Positions 1-7,975 of a stretch of DNA of 64,000 nt are shown in pieces. The notes beneath the pieces were generated by a model, which was not told the origin of the DNA, made no database searches, and saw only the letters and a list, made by a program, of their open reading frames with translations. Where the stretch lies: positions 3,641 to 67,640 of the forward strand of contig CBFIGY010000015.1 of assembly GCA_965662235.1 (NCBI GenBank). Reading direction: 5' to 3'. This stretch comes from an uncultured bacterium (GTDB lineage: Bacteria; SAR324; NAC60-12). The position numbers and the translations under genes were made by a program. The first letter of the stretch is position 1; the number at the start of each line of letters is the position of its first letter.

Positions 1-1280
1 GTGGCTAGGGAGAGGGCACAGGGGCAGGCAATGATCAGGACCGCCATGGCGTTCATCAGGGCGTGCTCCGGACTCGAGGTTGTCTGCCAGACCCAAATGA
101 AGGTGGCTGCCGCGACTGCGGTGATGCCGAGCACAAAGTAACGGGCCAGCCGGTCGGCTAGGACTCGGATGCGGGGCTTGCTGGAGAGCGCGTCTTCCAC
201 CCGCCGGATGATCCGGGCCAGGGTCGATTCAGCCGCCGCCTTGCGAACCTGATACCGAAGGACGCCATCTTGGCAGATGCTCCCGCTGCTCAGTTGCGCG
301 CCCGGCTGCTTGTTGACCGGCAAGGGTTCGCCTGTCAGGTGCGACTCATCCACGAGCGCCTCCCCTTCGAGGACCTCGCCGTCTGCGGCAACGCGTTCCC
401 CAGGTTGCACTTCAAGGACCCAGCCGGGAAGGATGTCCTCCAACGCGGCTTCCTGGCGTTGATCTCCGTCGATTCGGGTGACGGAAAAGGGCATCAGGTT
501 CTGAAAGGCGCGTCCTTGGTTGAGGATCTTGCGGATGCCGAGTTGCTCCAGGTACTTGCCAATGGAGAGGAACGCGATGAACATCGCGACCGCTTCAAAG
601 TACGTGTTCCCGCTCCGGACCAACGCGGCATAGGTGCTGTAGAGGTAGATCAGGGTGGTGCTGAAGGCAACCTGGAAGTCCATGCCCAGAGAACCCAGCT
701 TGAGGTCCCGCCACGCGCCACGAAAGAAGGGCACTCCAGAGTAGAACAGCACCGGAGTTGCCAGGGCAAAGCTTGCGAGGTTGAGGAGGTCTTCGTGCCG
801 TTGCTCCATGCCCGTAAAGTACCCGGCGTACTGCGCAATGGCGATCCACATCAGGTTCATGGCCCCGAAGATGGCCAGCATGAGTTGCGGGAAGCGTTCT
901 CGCGTTTGGGTCTCTTCCTGGTCCAACCCAGGCAGCACCAGCGGCTGAGGTCGGGCGTCATAACCCGCGCTCTGGATCGCGTCAATGATGCGGTCCAGGC
1001 CCGTCTGGGCTTCATCCCAAACAAGCTTGGTGCGGTGGGTGCTGTAGTTCAGGTCTGCTTCCAGCACTCCGGGGTGAGACTGGAGGACCTTCTCAACGGT
1101 GTGCGAGCACCCGGCGCAGCGGATGCCTTCTAGGAGCAGCGACACAGAAGCCTTGCCGTCTGGACGAGGCTCAAGGTAGTTGCGACGGAAGGCTTCAGTG
1201 GTGAAGTCCGGAAGCGTGGGCCGCGATGATGCAGCCGCGCCGGACCTCAACCCTGGAGCGGGACAGGCAGTGGCTTCCAT
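1..1280 (-). CDS. ccoI: P1B-type heavy-metal (copper) translocating ATPase, CcoI/FixI-like. N-terminal part only; the gene runs off the left window edge.
   Basis: Own translation of the minus strand from the ATG at 1280: MEATACPAPG...LLLEGIRCAGCSHTVEKVL (HMA domain with CxxC). It continues to ...AVLIIACPCALSLA (CPC transmembrane motif) at the window edge. It is absent from the ORF track because there is no stop codon in the window. It sits directly after ccoG-ccoH. Confidence 0.85.
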   Translation of the reverse strand, partial: MEATACPAPGLRSGAAASSRPTLPDFTTEAFRRNYLEPRPDGKASVSLLLEGIRCAGCSHTVEKVLQSHPGVLEADLNYSTHRTKLVWDEAQTGLDRIIDAIQSAGYDARPQPLVLPGLDQEETQTRERFPQLMLAIFGAMNLMWIAIAQYAGYFTGMEQRHEDLLNLASFALATPVLFYSGVPFFRGAWRDLKLGSLGMDFQVAFSTTLIYLYSTYAALVRSGNTYFEAVAMFIAFLSIGKYLEQLGIRKILNQGRAFQNLMPFSVTRIDGDQRQEAALEDILPGWVLEVQPGERVAADGEVLEGEALVDESHLTGEPLPVNKQPGAQLSSGSICQDGVLRYQVRKAAAESTLARIIRRVEDALSSKPRIRVLADRLARYFVLGITAVAAATFIWVWQTTSSPEHALMNAMAVLIIACPCALSLA

Positions 1281-1286
1281 GAAACC

Positions 1287-2123
1287 TCAGTTGCGGGAGT
1301 TCTGGAGCTTGGCGATGCGGGTTCGGGAGTTGTAGTAGGCTGAAGGCACAAAACCCTTCTCATCCGCGACTTCAACAAGGTGCGTCCGGGTGACCTCGAG
1401 GTCACCAACCGTGATGTCAAGCCGCAGGAGCCAGACGCCAGGGGCCGGAAGGGTGACCTCTGCTGTAAAAACACCATTGGTGCCCATGAGCGCGCCCACC
1501 GGTTGGTCGTCCTGATTGGTGGCTTCGCGGGTTACCAAGAGGTTCACGGAGGCGTCTGTGACCGGGGCGCCCTGTTGCGTCAGGGTGAAGGTCCAGTGGT
1601 TGGGGCCCAGCTGTGCCGGTGTTTCGGGCGTCACTTGGTAGCCCTGCTGATCAAAGGCGGTAGACATCTGGATCAGGTCGTTGATGTTTTCATCGACCCA
1701 CTGGTACCGTCCGTCGATGCGGTTGTCGAACTCCACCGGGTAGTCCACAACGGCAATCTTGATGGTCAGGCCAACCAGGCTGGTAAAGGCTACCAGGACG
1801 GCGGTGATGCCCCAACCCCACGCGTTCCTGCGCAGGCTTCCTGCAGGAGTCGAGGGGGCAGGGGAAGACAGAGGGTAGCTATCAGGCATGATCGTCTCCT
1901 GGTTTGGGAAAAAAAGAAGCCGGGTTTTGTGGAAAAAAGTCCTGAGCTGCTGACGGAGCCACGCTCCGAACTGACGGAGCAGCAGCAGGGCGCTGGAGGC
2001 GGCGAGTCCAATGCCTCCCCAAAACTGCGGGGAGAGCAGCTCGTCGGGGATGCCGGCAAAGTGATGCGCCCAAGCCACCGAGGCACTCAGCAGCAATAGC
2101 GTCGTCAGGGCGGCGTGCTTCAT
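1287..2123 (-). CDS. ccoH: FixH/CcoH-family protein with a 78-aa N-terminal extension (signal-like segment plus an extra TM helix)
   Basis: RRNAWGWGITAVLVAFTSLVGL resembles the FixH NPWPW-TM motif. The C-terminal half looks like the FixH/YtkA Ig-like module (GVFTAEVTLPAPGVWLLRLDI). The start ATG overlaps the ccoG stop (ATGA at 2120..2123). An in-frame internal ATG at 1889 has a strong SD (AGGAGAcgatcATG). Confidence 0.7.
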   Translation of the reverse strand: MKHAALTTLLLLSASVAWAHHFAGIPDELLSPQFWGGIGLAASSALLLLRQFGAWLRQQLRTFFHKTRLLFFPNQETIMPDSYPLSSPAPSTPAGSLRRNAWGWGITAVLVAFTSLVGLTIKIAVVDYPVEFDNRIDGRYQWVDENINDLIQMSTAFDQQGYQVTPETPAQLGPNHWTFTLTQQGAPVTDASVNLLVTREATNQDDQPVGALMGTNGVFTAEVTLPAPGVWLLRLDITVGDLEVTRTHLVEVADEKGFVPSAYYNSRTRIAKLQNSRN

Positions 2124-3562
2124 TCTTTGAGTTGGCGCGGCATGTTGACCTCCTTGTCGGGAGGAAAGATGAACACGGAGTTCTTCACCGTTGCCACAGC
2201 CTCAGGGGCATCCACGGCATAGGCCCGCAGCTTGATGGGCAGCGAGGTGTTCCGGGACGCGTTCTCAACCAGCATCTGGTTGGTGCTCAAGATCACCACC
2301 TTGCGGCTCCGGCCTTCTGCAAGGATTTTGAAGGGCTTATCGGGACGGAGGATCTCCACGCCGTCTAGTCCTTCGACTTGAAGCATGAAGTCGTGAGGCT
2401 GGTCATCAATGTTGGTCACAAGGACCACGTAGTGATTCTCGACCCGCAGGCCATCATCCTTGACGCTGTAAAGTTCCGTGGTCCGGTTGACGTTCAGCAG
2501 CAGCGTTTCTCGGTTCCCTCCGCGGTAGACGAGGAAGGCCGAGATGGAGACCAGGACGAGCAAGTAGATCCACACCCGGGGACGGAAGAAGTTGATGGGC
2601 TGCCCCGCAAACTTCTTTTCGCTTGCCCAGTGCACCAGGTTGGGCTTGTTGAGCCGCGCCATCACCGGCTCACAGGCGTCCACGCACTCAAGGCAGGAGA
2701 TGCAGGCGAGCTGCAGGCCTTCTCGGATGTCGATGCCCGCCGGACACACGCGCACACAAGCTTCGCAGCCGGTGCAGTCGCCAGAGGCGTCCTTCTGCTT
2801 TTGCTTGTTCTTGGCTCCTCGAGAGCCATCGGAATTGTCTCCACGACCCTGATCGTAGATGGCGACCGGCGTGTCCCCGTCAAACAGAACCGTCTGAATC
2901 CGGGCGTACGGGCATGCGTAGCGGCAGAACCGCTCCGCAATCCAGGTGATGTCAATGAGGAAGAAACCGGCAAATCCGAGCCAGAATCCAAGGAGCAGCA
3001 CGTGTTCCTGAGGCTCATGGAGCAGGAGGTCAAAAAATTCGTAGGGACTGACAAAGAACCACATCAGGTTGGCTGAAGCGAGCAGCATCAGGGGCGTCAG
3101 CATCAAGATGCCGAGGCCAAACTTGACGCGTTCCAGGGGCTTCTTCAGCTTGAGAGGACGATTCTTGATGTGCCACTTGCGCAGGCCGAGGATTTTTCCC
3201 TGAATGAGGTCCCGGTAGAGGGAGCGGAACATCGTTTGCGGGCACCCCCACCCACACCAAACCCGTCCTCCCAAGGCGGTGATCAGGAAAATTCCGACAA
3301 AGAAGAGGATCAGAACCAGCGGAATCAGATAGAGTTCCTGCATGTCGTAAACGATGCCCAGCAGGTGAAACTCCAAGTGGAGGAAGGACATCATGAAGAG
3401 CTGGTTCCCGTTGATCTGGATGAACGGCACCGCGAGGGTAAACAGCGCAATGGCCACGAAGGCACGGTGACGAATTTTATGGAAGGGAATCCGGGAGAGG
3501 GAGGCTGGAGCGGAAACGTCGAAACGCGACGTCCGCTCCGATGATCGGAGCGGAGAATTCAT
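2120..3562 (-). CDS. ccoG: CcoG/FixG/RdxB 4Fe-4S ferredoxin-type cbb3 assembly protein (cupric reductase family)
   Basis: Polytopic N-terminus. Cys clusters CGWGCPQ, CRYACPYARIQ, CTGCEACVRVCP and CISCLECVDACE. Position in the ccoGHI order. Confidence 0.9.
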   Translation of the reverse strand: MNSPLRSSERTSRFDVSAPASLSRIPFHKIRHRAFVAIALFTLAVPFIQINGNQLFMMSFLHLEFHLLGIVYDMQELYLIPLVLILFFVGIFLITALGGRVWCGWGCPQTMFRSLYRDLIQGKILGLRKWHIKNRPLKLKKPLERVKFGLGILMLTPLMLLASANLMWFFVSPYEFFDLLLHEPQEHVLLLGFWLGFAGFFLIDITWIAERFCRYACPYARIQTVLFDGDTPVAIYDQGRGDNSDGSRGAKNKQKQKDASGDCTGCEACVRVCPAGIDIREGLQLACISCLECVDACEPVMARLNKPNLVHWASEKKFAGQPINFFRPRVWIYLLVLVSISAFLVYRGGNRETLLLNVNRTTELYSVKDDGLRVENHYVVLVTNIDDQPHDFMLQVEGLDGVEILRPDKPFKILAEGRSRKVVILSTNQMLVENASRNTSLPIKLRAYAVDAPEAVATVKNSVFIFPPDKEVNMPRQLKE

Positions 3563-3579
3563 GCAATCATTGAGTCAAG

Positions 3580-4302
3580 TTAGGCCGCTTCGGCATCTAC
3601 CGTAAGCGTGCCACATTGTTGGTTAACCGGCACCGCAATATCAATGCGCTTGGGCTTGGGAAGGTTCAGGGAGTTCATGATGTTGACAAACTCAGACTCC
3701 GTTTTGCCTCCTCCAATTCGCGGATTCAGCTGCTTCTCCTCCCCAATGGTGGAAACGGTGAAACCTCGGTAGTCGTGTCCAGGGTACACCTTGGTCGCCT
3801 CCGGGAGCGTGAAGAGCTGCTCGGTGATGCTGCTGTACAGCTTCGACGGATCTCCCTGCTGGAAGTCCGTACGACCGCAGCTGCGAATGAAGAGGGAGTC
3901 TCCTGTGAAGACCATGTCTTCGGCCAGGAAACTGGTGCAGGCGTCCGTGTGTCCCGGAGTCGCCAGGGCCTTGATTTCAAAGCGCCCGACCTGGACGGAT
4001 TCGCCATCGGCGATGAGGACATCGGCACAGCCAACACCTGCCGGACGCCCCACCACGGTCTGGGCTCCCGTCTTGGCACGCAGGTCTCCTGCTCCCGTGA
4101 CGTGATCCGCGTGGACATGGGTGTCCAGAATGTAGTTCAGCTTGAGGCCTTTGTCAGCAACCAGCTGCAGGTCGCGCTCCACCTGCTCCTTGACAGGGTC
4201 GATCAACGCCGCATCCTTGGTCTCAGGATCCCAGACCAGGTAGGTGTAGGTCCAGGTTTCGTAGTCGAAGAGTTGCTCAACAGCGAGTTTGGCTTGGCTC
4301 AT
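3580..4302 (-). CDS. MBL-fold persulfide (sulfur) dioxygenase, ETHE1-like
   Basis: Motifs THVHADH, TPGHTDAC, GDSLFIRSCGRTDFQQGD and YPGHDY. About 240 aa. SD AGGAGA lies upstream of the ATG. Confidence 0.8.
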   Translation of the reverse strand: MSQAKLAVEQLFDYETWTYTYLVWDPETKDAALIDPVKEQVERDLQLVADKGLKLNYILDTHVHADHVTGAGDLRAKTGAQTVVGRPAGVGCADVLIADGESVQVGRFEIKALATPGHTDACTSFLAEDMVFTGDSLFIRSCGRTDFQQGDPSKLYSSITEQLFTLPEATKVYPGHDYRGFTVSTIGEEKQLNPRIGGGKTESEFVNIMNSLNLPKPKRIDIAVPVNQQCGTLTVDAEAA

Positions 4303-4373
4303 AAGGATTCTCCTAGAGGGGTCTCAGACCGAGTTAATATTTGAGAAACAAAATATGCGAATATTTTAATGAA

Positions 4374-4389
4374 GTTTCTCAGGAGAAAC
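4374..4389. promoter_or_regulatory. Perfect 16-bp palindrome GTTTCTCAGGAGAAAC in an AT-rich spacer (operator or stem-loop)
   Basis: Read directly from the sequence. A further GAGAAAC copy is at 4343..4349 and a second palindrome AAATATgcgaATATTT is at 4351..4366. It lies 10 nt after the stop of the 4400..5920 gene and upstream of the dioxygenase gene. Confidence 0.3.
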
Positions 4390-4399
4390 ATACGTAATT

Positions 4400-5920
4400 C
4401 TACTCAGTCAGCTGGTGTTCCAGTTGCGAGACCCAGTCGTGCTCGGTCTCCAGAAGGGTGGCGTTCTCCCAGGGAGTCCAGTTCTGTTGCTGCTGTGGCA
4501 GGAGGTCGACAGTGGCATCTGAAGCATCCTGTGTGCGGCGCTGCAAGCGTTCCCGGAGGTGAGCCTCTGGAGCCGTACAGACCAGCCGGTGCACCGTGAA
4601 TCCCTGCAGGGCATCAAGGGCGGCCCGATGTTCCGGACGCAAAAAGGTGGCATCCAGCACGACAGAAACACCGACGTTCAGCAGGGCTTGAGCGGTGCTG
4701 ATCAAGGTGGCGTACGTTTGTTCCGTGAAGGCTGGCGTATAAAGCTCAGCTCCTCCAGGCGTCAGCGGGCTCTGTCCGGCAAGGTGCTTCCGGATGGCGT
4801 CAGAGCGCAGGTGCACAGCGCCTTGGTGCCGAGCCAGCCAACGGCCCACGGTGCTCTTGCCGGATCCGGACAGGCCTGCGACCACATAAGCGGTTGGGGG
4901 CGCAGGTGAGATCCAGGATTGGGCAAGATCGAGGAAAGCGCGGGTTTGCTGCCGAAAGCCCTGACGCTCCTGTGGACTCAGGGTGGTGTTGTGAATGGAG
5001 TAGGATTTGATCTTGGCCCGGACACAGGCCCGCAGGCTGATGTAGAACGGCAGCAACGCGCTCCCAGCAAAGTCTCCGGAGTGTTCCAGCCAGGTACTGT
5101 AGAAGGCAAACGCCAGGTCCTGTCGGTTCCGGATGAGCAGGTCACAGACCATAAAAGCGGCATCATACTGCACATCCGTGCTCCGAATGGAGCGGCTGAA
5201 CTCAATGCAGTCAAAGGGCACGGACTCCCCTTCGAGCCAGCAGACGTTGTTAAGGTGCAGGTCACCGTGGCACTCCCGGATGAGTCCCCGGGTCCCACGT
5301 TCCTTGAGCGGCAGCTGGTGGGTTTCCAGAAAGGCGAGCTGAAACGCTTCGATTTGCTCCAGTAGCTGGACTGGAAACACCTCTCCGGCGTGTGATGCCA
5401 GGTCCCGGAAGTTGTCCTGAGCGAGCGAGCGGAGGGCTGAGGCAGAGCCGTACGAGGCCACTTCCGCATCAGTAGGAGCCTCGTGTTGCCAAAGCGCAAG
5501 GCGGTGTCCTAGGTCCTCAAGGTGAGCGGCCTCCAAGGCGCCGTGCTCCAGCATCACACGAAAGAGGCTTTCCTGCGGGAACTCTTTCATCTGAACGACG
5601 TAGTCTTCCGGAGGAATGGGGCTGGTTTCGGTCAGGACCCGGAAGCCGTCGGCGGTGCGGCTGACAGGCAGCACGGCCTGATAGAGAGAAGGAGCGAAGT
5701 GTCGGTTCAGGCGCAGCTCATCCTCACAGGCCGCCTTGCGCTGAGCCAAGGTGGAGAAGTCGAGGAACCCGAAGTCCACGGGCTTCTTGAGCTTGTACGC
5801 GTAAGGGCCGGTAAGAAAGACCCAGGCCACATGTGTCTGGATGAGGCGGATGGGCTGACGAACGGGGTGCGGATACGCTCCCGGAGACGTCAAGGCTTGG
5901 ACCAGTTCCGGAGGAGGCAT
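4400..5920 (-). CDS. Two-domain protein: N-terminal aminoglycoside-phosphotransferase/protein-kinase-like fold plus C-terminal P-loop (AAA/nucleotide-kinase-like) domain
   Basis: Kinase-like catalytic loop CHGDLHLNNV. C-terminal Walker A GLSGSGKST. This architecture is usually auto-annotated as 'bifunctional aminoglycoside phosphotransferase/ATP-binding protein'. Confidence 0.75.
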   Translation of the reverse strand: MPPPELVQALTSPGAYPHPVRQPIRLIQTHVAWVFLTGPYAYKLKKPVDFGFLDFSTLAQRKAACEDELRLNRHFAPSLYQAVLPVSRTADGFRVLTETSPIPPEDYVVQMKEFPQESLFRVMLEHGALEAAHLEDLGHRLALWQHEAPTDAEVASYGSASALRSLAQDNFRDLASHAGEVFPVQLLEQIEAFQLAFLETHQLPLKERGTRGLIRECHGDLHLNNVCWLEGESVPFDCIEFSRSIRSTDVQYDAAFMVCDLLIRNRQDLAFAFYSTWLEHSGDFAGSALLPFYISLRACVRAKIKSYSIHNTTLSPQERQGFRQQTRAFLDLAQSWISPAPPTAYVVAGLSGSGKSTVGRWLARHQGAVHLRSDAIRKHLAGQSPLTPGGAELYTPAFTEQTYATLISTAQALLNVGVSVVLDATFLRPEHRAALDALQGFTVHRLVCTAPEAHLRERLQRRTQDASDATVDLLPQQQQNWTPWENATLLETEHDWVSQLEHQLTE

Positions 5921-5979
5921 AGGCGAGAGGGGTCACCCAGGACGCCGCAAGCGCCCTGGTGTCAAGAGAGGAGGAGGCC

Positions 5980-6129
5980 CTAGCGGCTGCTGTCCGGGGC
6001 GTCGACGGTGTAGTAGTTGGTGGCTTGTTCCTGCTGAACCACCAGGGCTTCATACCCCAGAATGCCGAGGCAGCTCACTAGCACCACGACCAGCAGCAGG
6101 TATCCGAACAGTCCGTGAAGTCCAAACAT
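5980..6129 (-). CDS. 49-aa single-pass membrane peptide immediately after ccoP (possible extra cbb3 subunit or assembly peptide)
   Basis: Own translation: MFGLHGLFGYLLLVVVLVSCLGILGYEALVVQQEQATNYYTVDAPDSSR*. The ATG lies 11 nt after the ccoP stop. It is below the ORF-track length cut-off. Confidence 0.4.
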   Translation of the reverse strand: MFGLHGLFGYLLLVVVLVSCLGILGYEALVVQQEQATNYYTVDAPDSSR

Positions 6130-6140
6130 AATGGGTTCTC

Positions 6141-7034
6141 TCAGTTGAGTTCTGTGGAAACAAAGGCTCCGAGCGCCTGATACTGGATGTCGCTGAGGGT
6201 GCCTTCTGCAGCAAAGCTGGGCATATTCCCAATGTAACCGGCCTTGCCATGTTGCAGGATGCGGACGATGTCATTTGCAGACCCGTAGGTGGTCAGGTCC
6301 TTGGCAAAGTTCGGGATGTTCCCAGCAGGGCCCATGCCCTTTCCGTCCATGCCGTGACAGGCCATGCAGGTGGCATTGAAGATGGCTTGTCCAGCGGCCG
6401 GGTCTCCGGCAGCCGGAGTTCGCCCAGCCAGCTGGATGACGTAGGCCGAGACGTTGGCGATGTTCTGTTCCAGGTTTTCCTGCCCAAACATGGCAGCAAT
6501 GGTCGGCGCCTGCGGGGGCATGGAAGGCGTCATGTAGCCCAGCCCCTTGGAGCCATTGTGGATGACGTAGGAGACGTGCTTCTCCGTTCCAAACTCAATC
6601 AGGTTGGCGGCCACGCCATTTTGTCCCTCACCGGTGTAGCCGTGACACGCGACACACTTAGCATTGAAGAGGGATTCGCCCATGGCAACTAGGGTATCGT
6701 GGTCGGCATTGGCCCAGTTCTGGTCAAACTTTTCTTTGTAGGTGGCCACTTCCGCATCGTACTGCTGCTCCTGGGTCCAGTCCCAGATGGGGAAGCCCAT
6801 CATGACGTACCAGAAGGAGAACCCGATCAGGCTGATCATGATCAGGTGGAGTCCGAACGGGGTCGCATTCAGGCCTTCGGCGATGCCGTCAAAGGTGTGG
6901 CTGTCGGTGGCTTCCAGACCCTTGGAACGCATCCGTCCCTGGATGAAGTAAATCAAAATGGCCACCGACGCGATGGTCACCAGGGAGATCACCACCGTGA
7001 TCTGGGTCGCGGCGTCGTTGAACATTGCCCACAT
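6141..7034 (-). CDS. ccoP: cbb3-type cytochrome c oxidase subunit III (diheme)
   Basis: N-terminal TM helices and two CxxCH motifs (CVACHG, CMACHG). Follows ccoO/ccoQ. GAGGAG SD. Confidence 0.9.
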   Translation of the reverse strand: MWAMFNDAATQITVVISLVTIASVAILIYFIQGRMRSKGLEATDSHTFDGIAEGLNATPFGLHLIMISLIGFSFWYVMMGFPIWDWTQEQQYDAEVATYKEKFDQNWANADHDTLVAMGESLFNAKCVACHGYTGEGQNGVAANLIEFGTEKHVSYVIHNGSKGLGYMTPSMPPQAPTIAAMFGQENLEQNIANVSAYVIQLAGRTPAAGDPAAGQAIFNATCMACHGMDGKGMGPAGNIPNFAKDLTTYGSANDIVRILQHGKAGYIGNMPSFAAEGTLSDIQYQALGAFVSTELN

Positions 7035-7062
7035 AAACTACTCCTCAGTCAGTTGCAAAAAG

Positions 7063-7242
7063 TCAGGTGGCAGAACGGGGAGGTTCTCGCCCTTCAAATG
7101 GTTCTTCGTGGAAGATCAACTCGCCGCGACGCTCAATGCGTTGGCCCCGGGCCACCGAGCCGTAGAGGTACCAGAGGAAGCCGTAGAGGCTGATGCCCAT
7201 GAATGTGGTAAAGACCACGTATAACCACTGTCTCCAATCCAT
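7063..7242 (-). CDS. ccoQ: CcoQ/FixQ-like small membrane subunit (59 aa)
   Basis: Own translation: MDWRQWLYVVFTTFMGISLYGFLWYLYGSVARGQRIERRGELIFHEEPFEGREPPRSAT*. One TM helix. Located between ccoO and ccoP, as ccoQ is in canonical operons. Not in the ORF track (under 60 aa). Confidence 0.55.
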   Translation of the reverse strand: MDWRQWLYVVFTTFMGISLYGFLWYLYGSVARGQRIERRGELIFHEEPFEGREPPRSAT

Positions 7243-7251
7243 TCAGCCTCC

Positions 7252-7944
7252 TTACTTGAGTTTGTTGAGGTAGGCAATCAAGGCGACCACGTCCTTGACG
7301 TCTCCTTGAGCGTAGGCGTCCTTGACCCCTTGGTCCTTCATCATTTCGACAATGGGGCCGGCTTCTTCAAGGATGAGCTTCTGGGTCTGCTCTAGGGTTT
7401 TTCCTGATTGCGGGTTGTCGCCCTGGTCGTAAGGCACCCCAAAGATGTCCCGAACGGTGACCATTTCGGCGTGCACGGTGCCAACGTCCACACTGTCTTC
7501 AAAGAACCAGGGGAAGTTGGGCATGTTGGAGCCTGGGCTGACGGCACGGGCGTTCTTGAAGTGAGCCTCATGCCAGTCGGTGGTGCGGTAGTTCCCGACC
7601 CGGTGTAGGTCCGGACCCGTCCGGCGGGAGCCCCAGAGAAACGGCCGGTCGTAGGCATATTCTCCGGAGACGGAGTAGGCGCCGTAGCGGTCTGTCTCAG
7701 CCTTGAAGGGGCGAATCAGCTGGGAGTGGCAGGCGTTGCAGCTCTCCCGGATGTACACCTGCCGTCCTGCCAACTGCAGCGCGGAGTAGGGCTTGAGTCC
7801 GGCCACCGGGCGGGCGTTTTCCGTGAAGGAAGGGATCACCTCGACGATGCCGCCGATGATGATCAGGACGAAGATGCTGACCCCCATCAGCAACGGGTGC
7901 TTCTCAATGATCTCAAAAATTGAGCCTGTTTGTTTTTCCTGCAT
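7252..7944 (-). CDS. ccoO: cbb3-type cytochrome c oxidase subunit II (monoheme)
   Basis: N-terminal TM anchor and a single CNACHSQLIRPF heme motif. About 230 aa. Adjacent to ccoN. Confidence 0.92.
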   Translation of the reverse strand: MQEKQTGSIFEIIEKHPLLMGVSIFVLIIIGGIVEVIPSFTENARPVAGLKPYSALQLAGRQVYIRESCNACHSQLIRPFKAETDRYGAYSVSGEYAYDRPFLWGSRRTGPDLHRVGNYRTTDWHEAHFKNARAVSPGSNMPNFPWFFEDSVDVGTVHAEMVTVRDIFGVPYDQGDNPQSGKTLEQTQKLILEEAGPIVEMMKDQGVKDAYAQGDVKDVVALIAYLNKLK

Positions 7945-7975
7945 GGTCGTTCACTCGTTGAATGAAAATCCGGGT

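Noticed and set aside
270-1133. 287-aa plus-strand ORF at the left edge
   Set aside because: It is antisense to a clear P1B-ATPase reading frame (HMA CxxC and CPC motifs on the minus strand). Its product is Arg/Ala/Gly/Val-rich, as expected for shadow ORFs in high-GC DNA.
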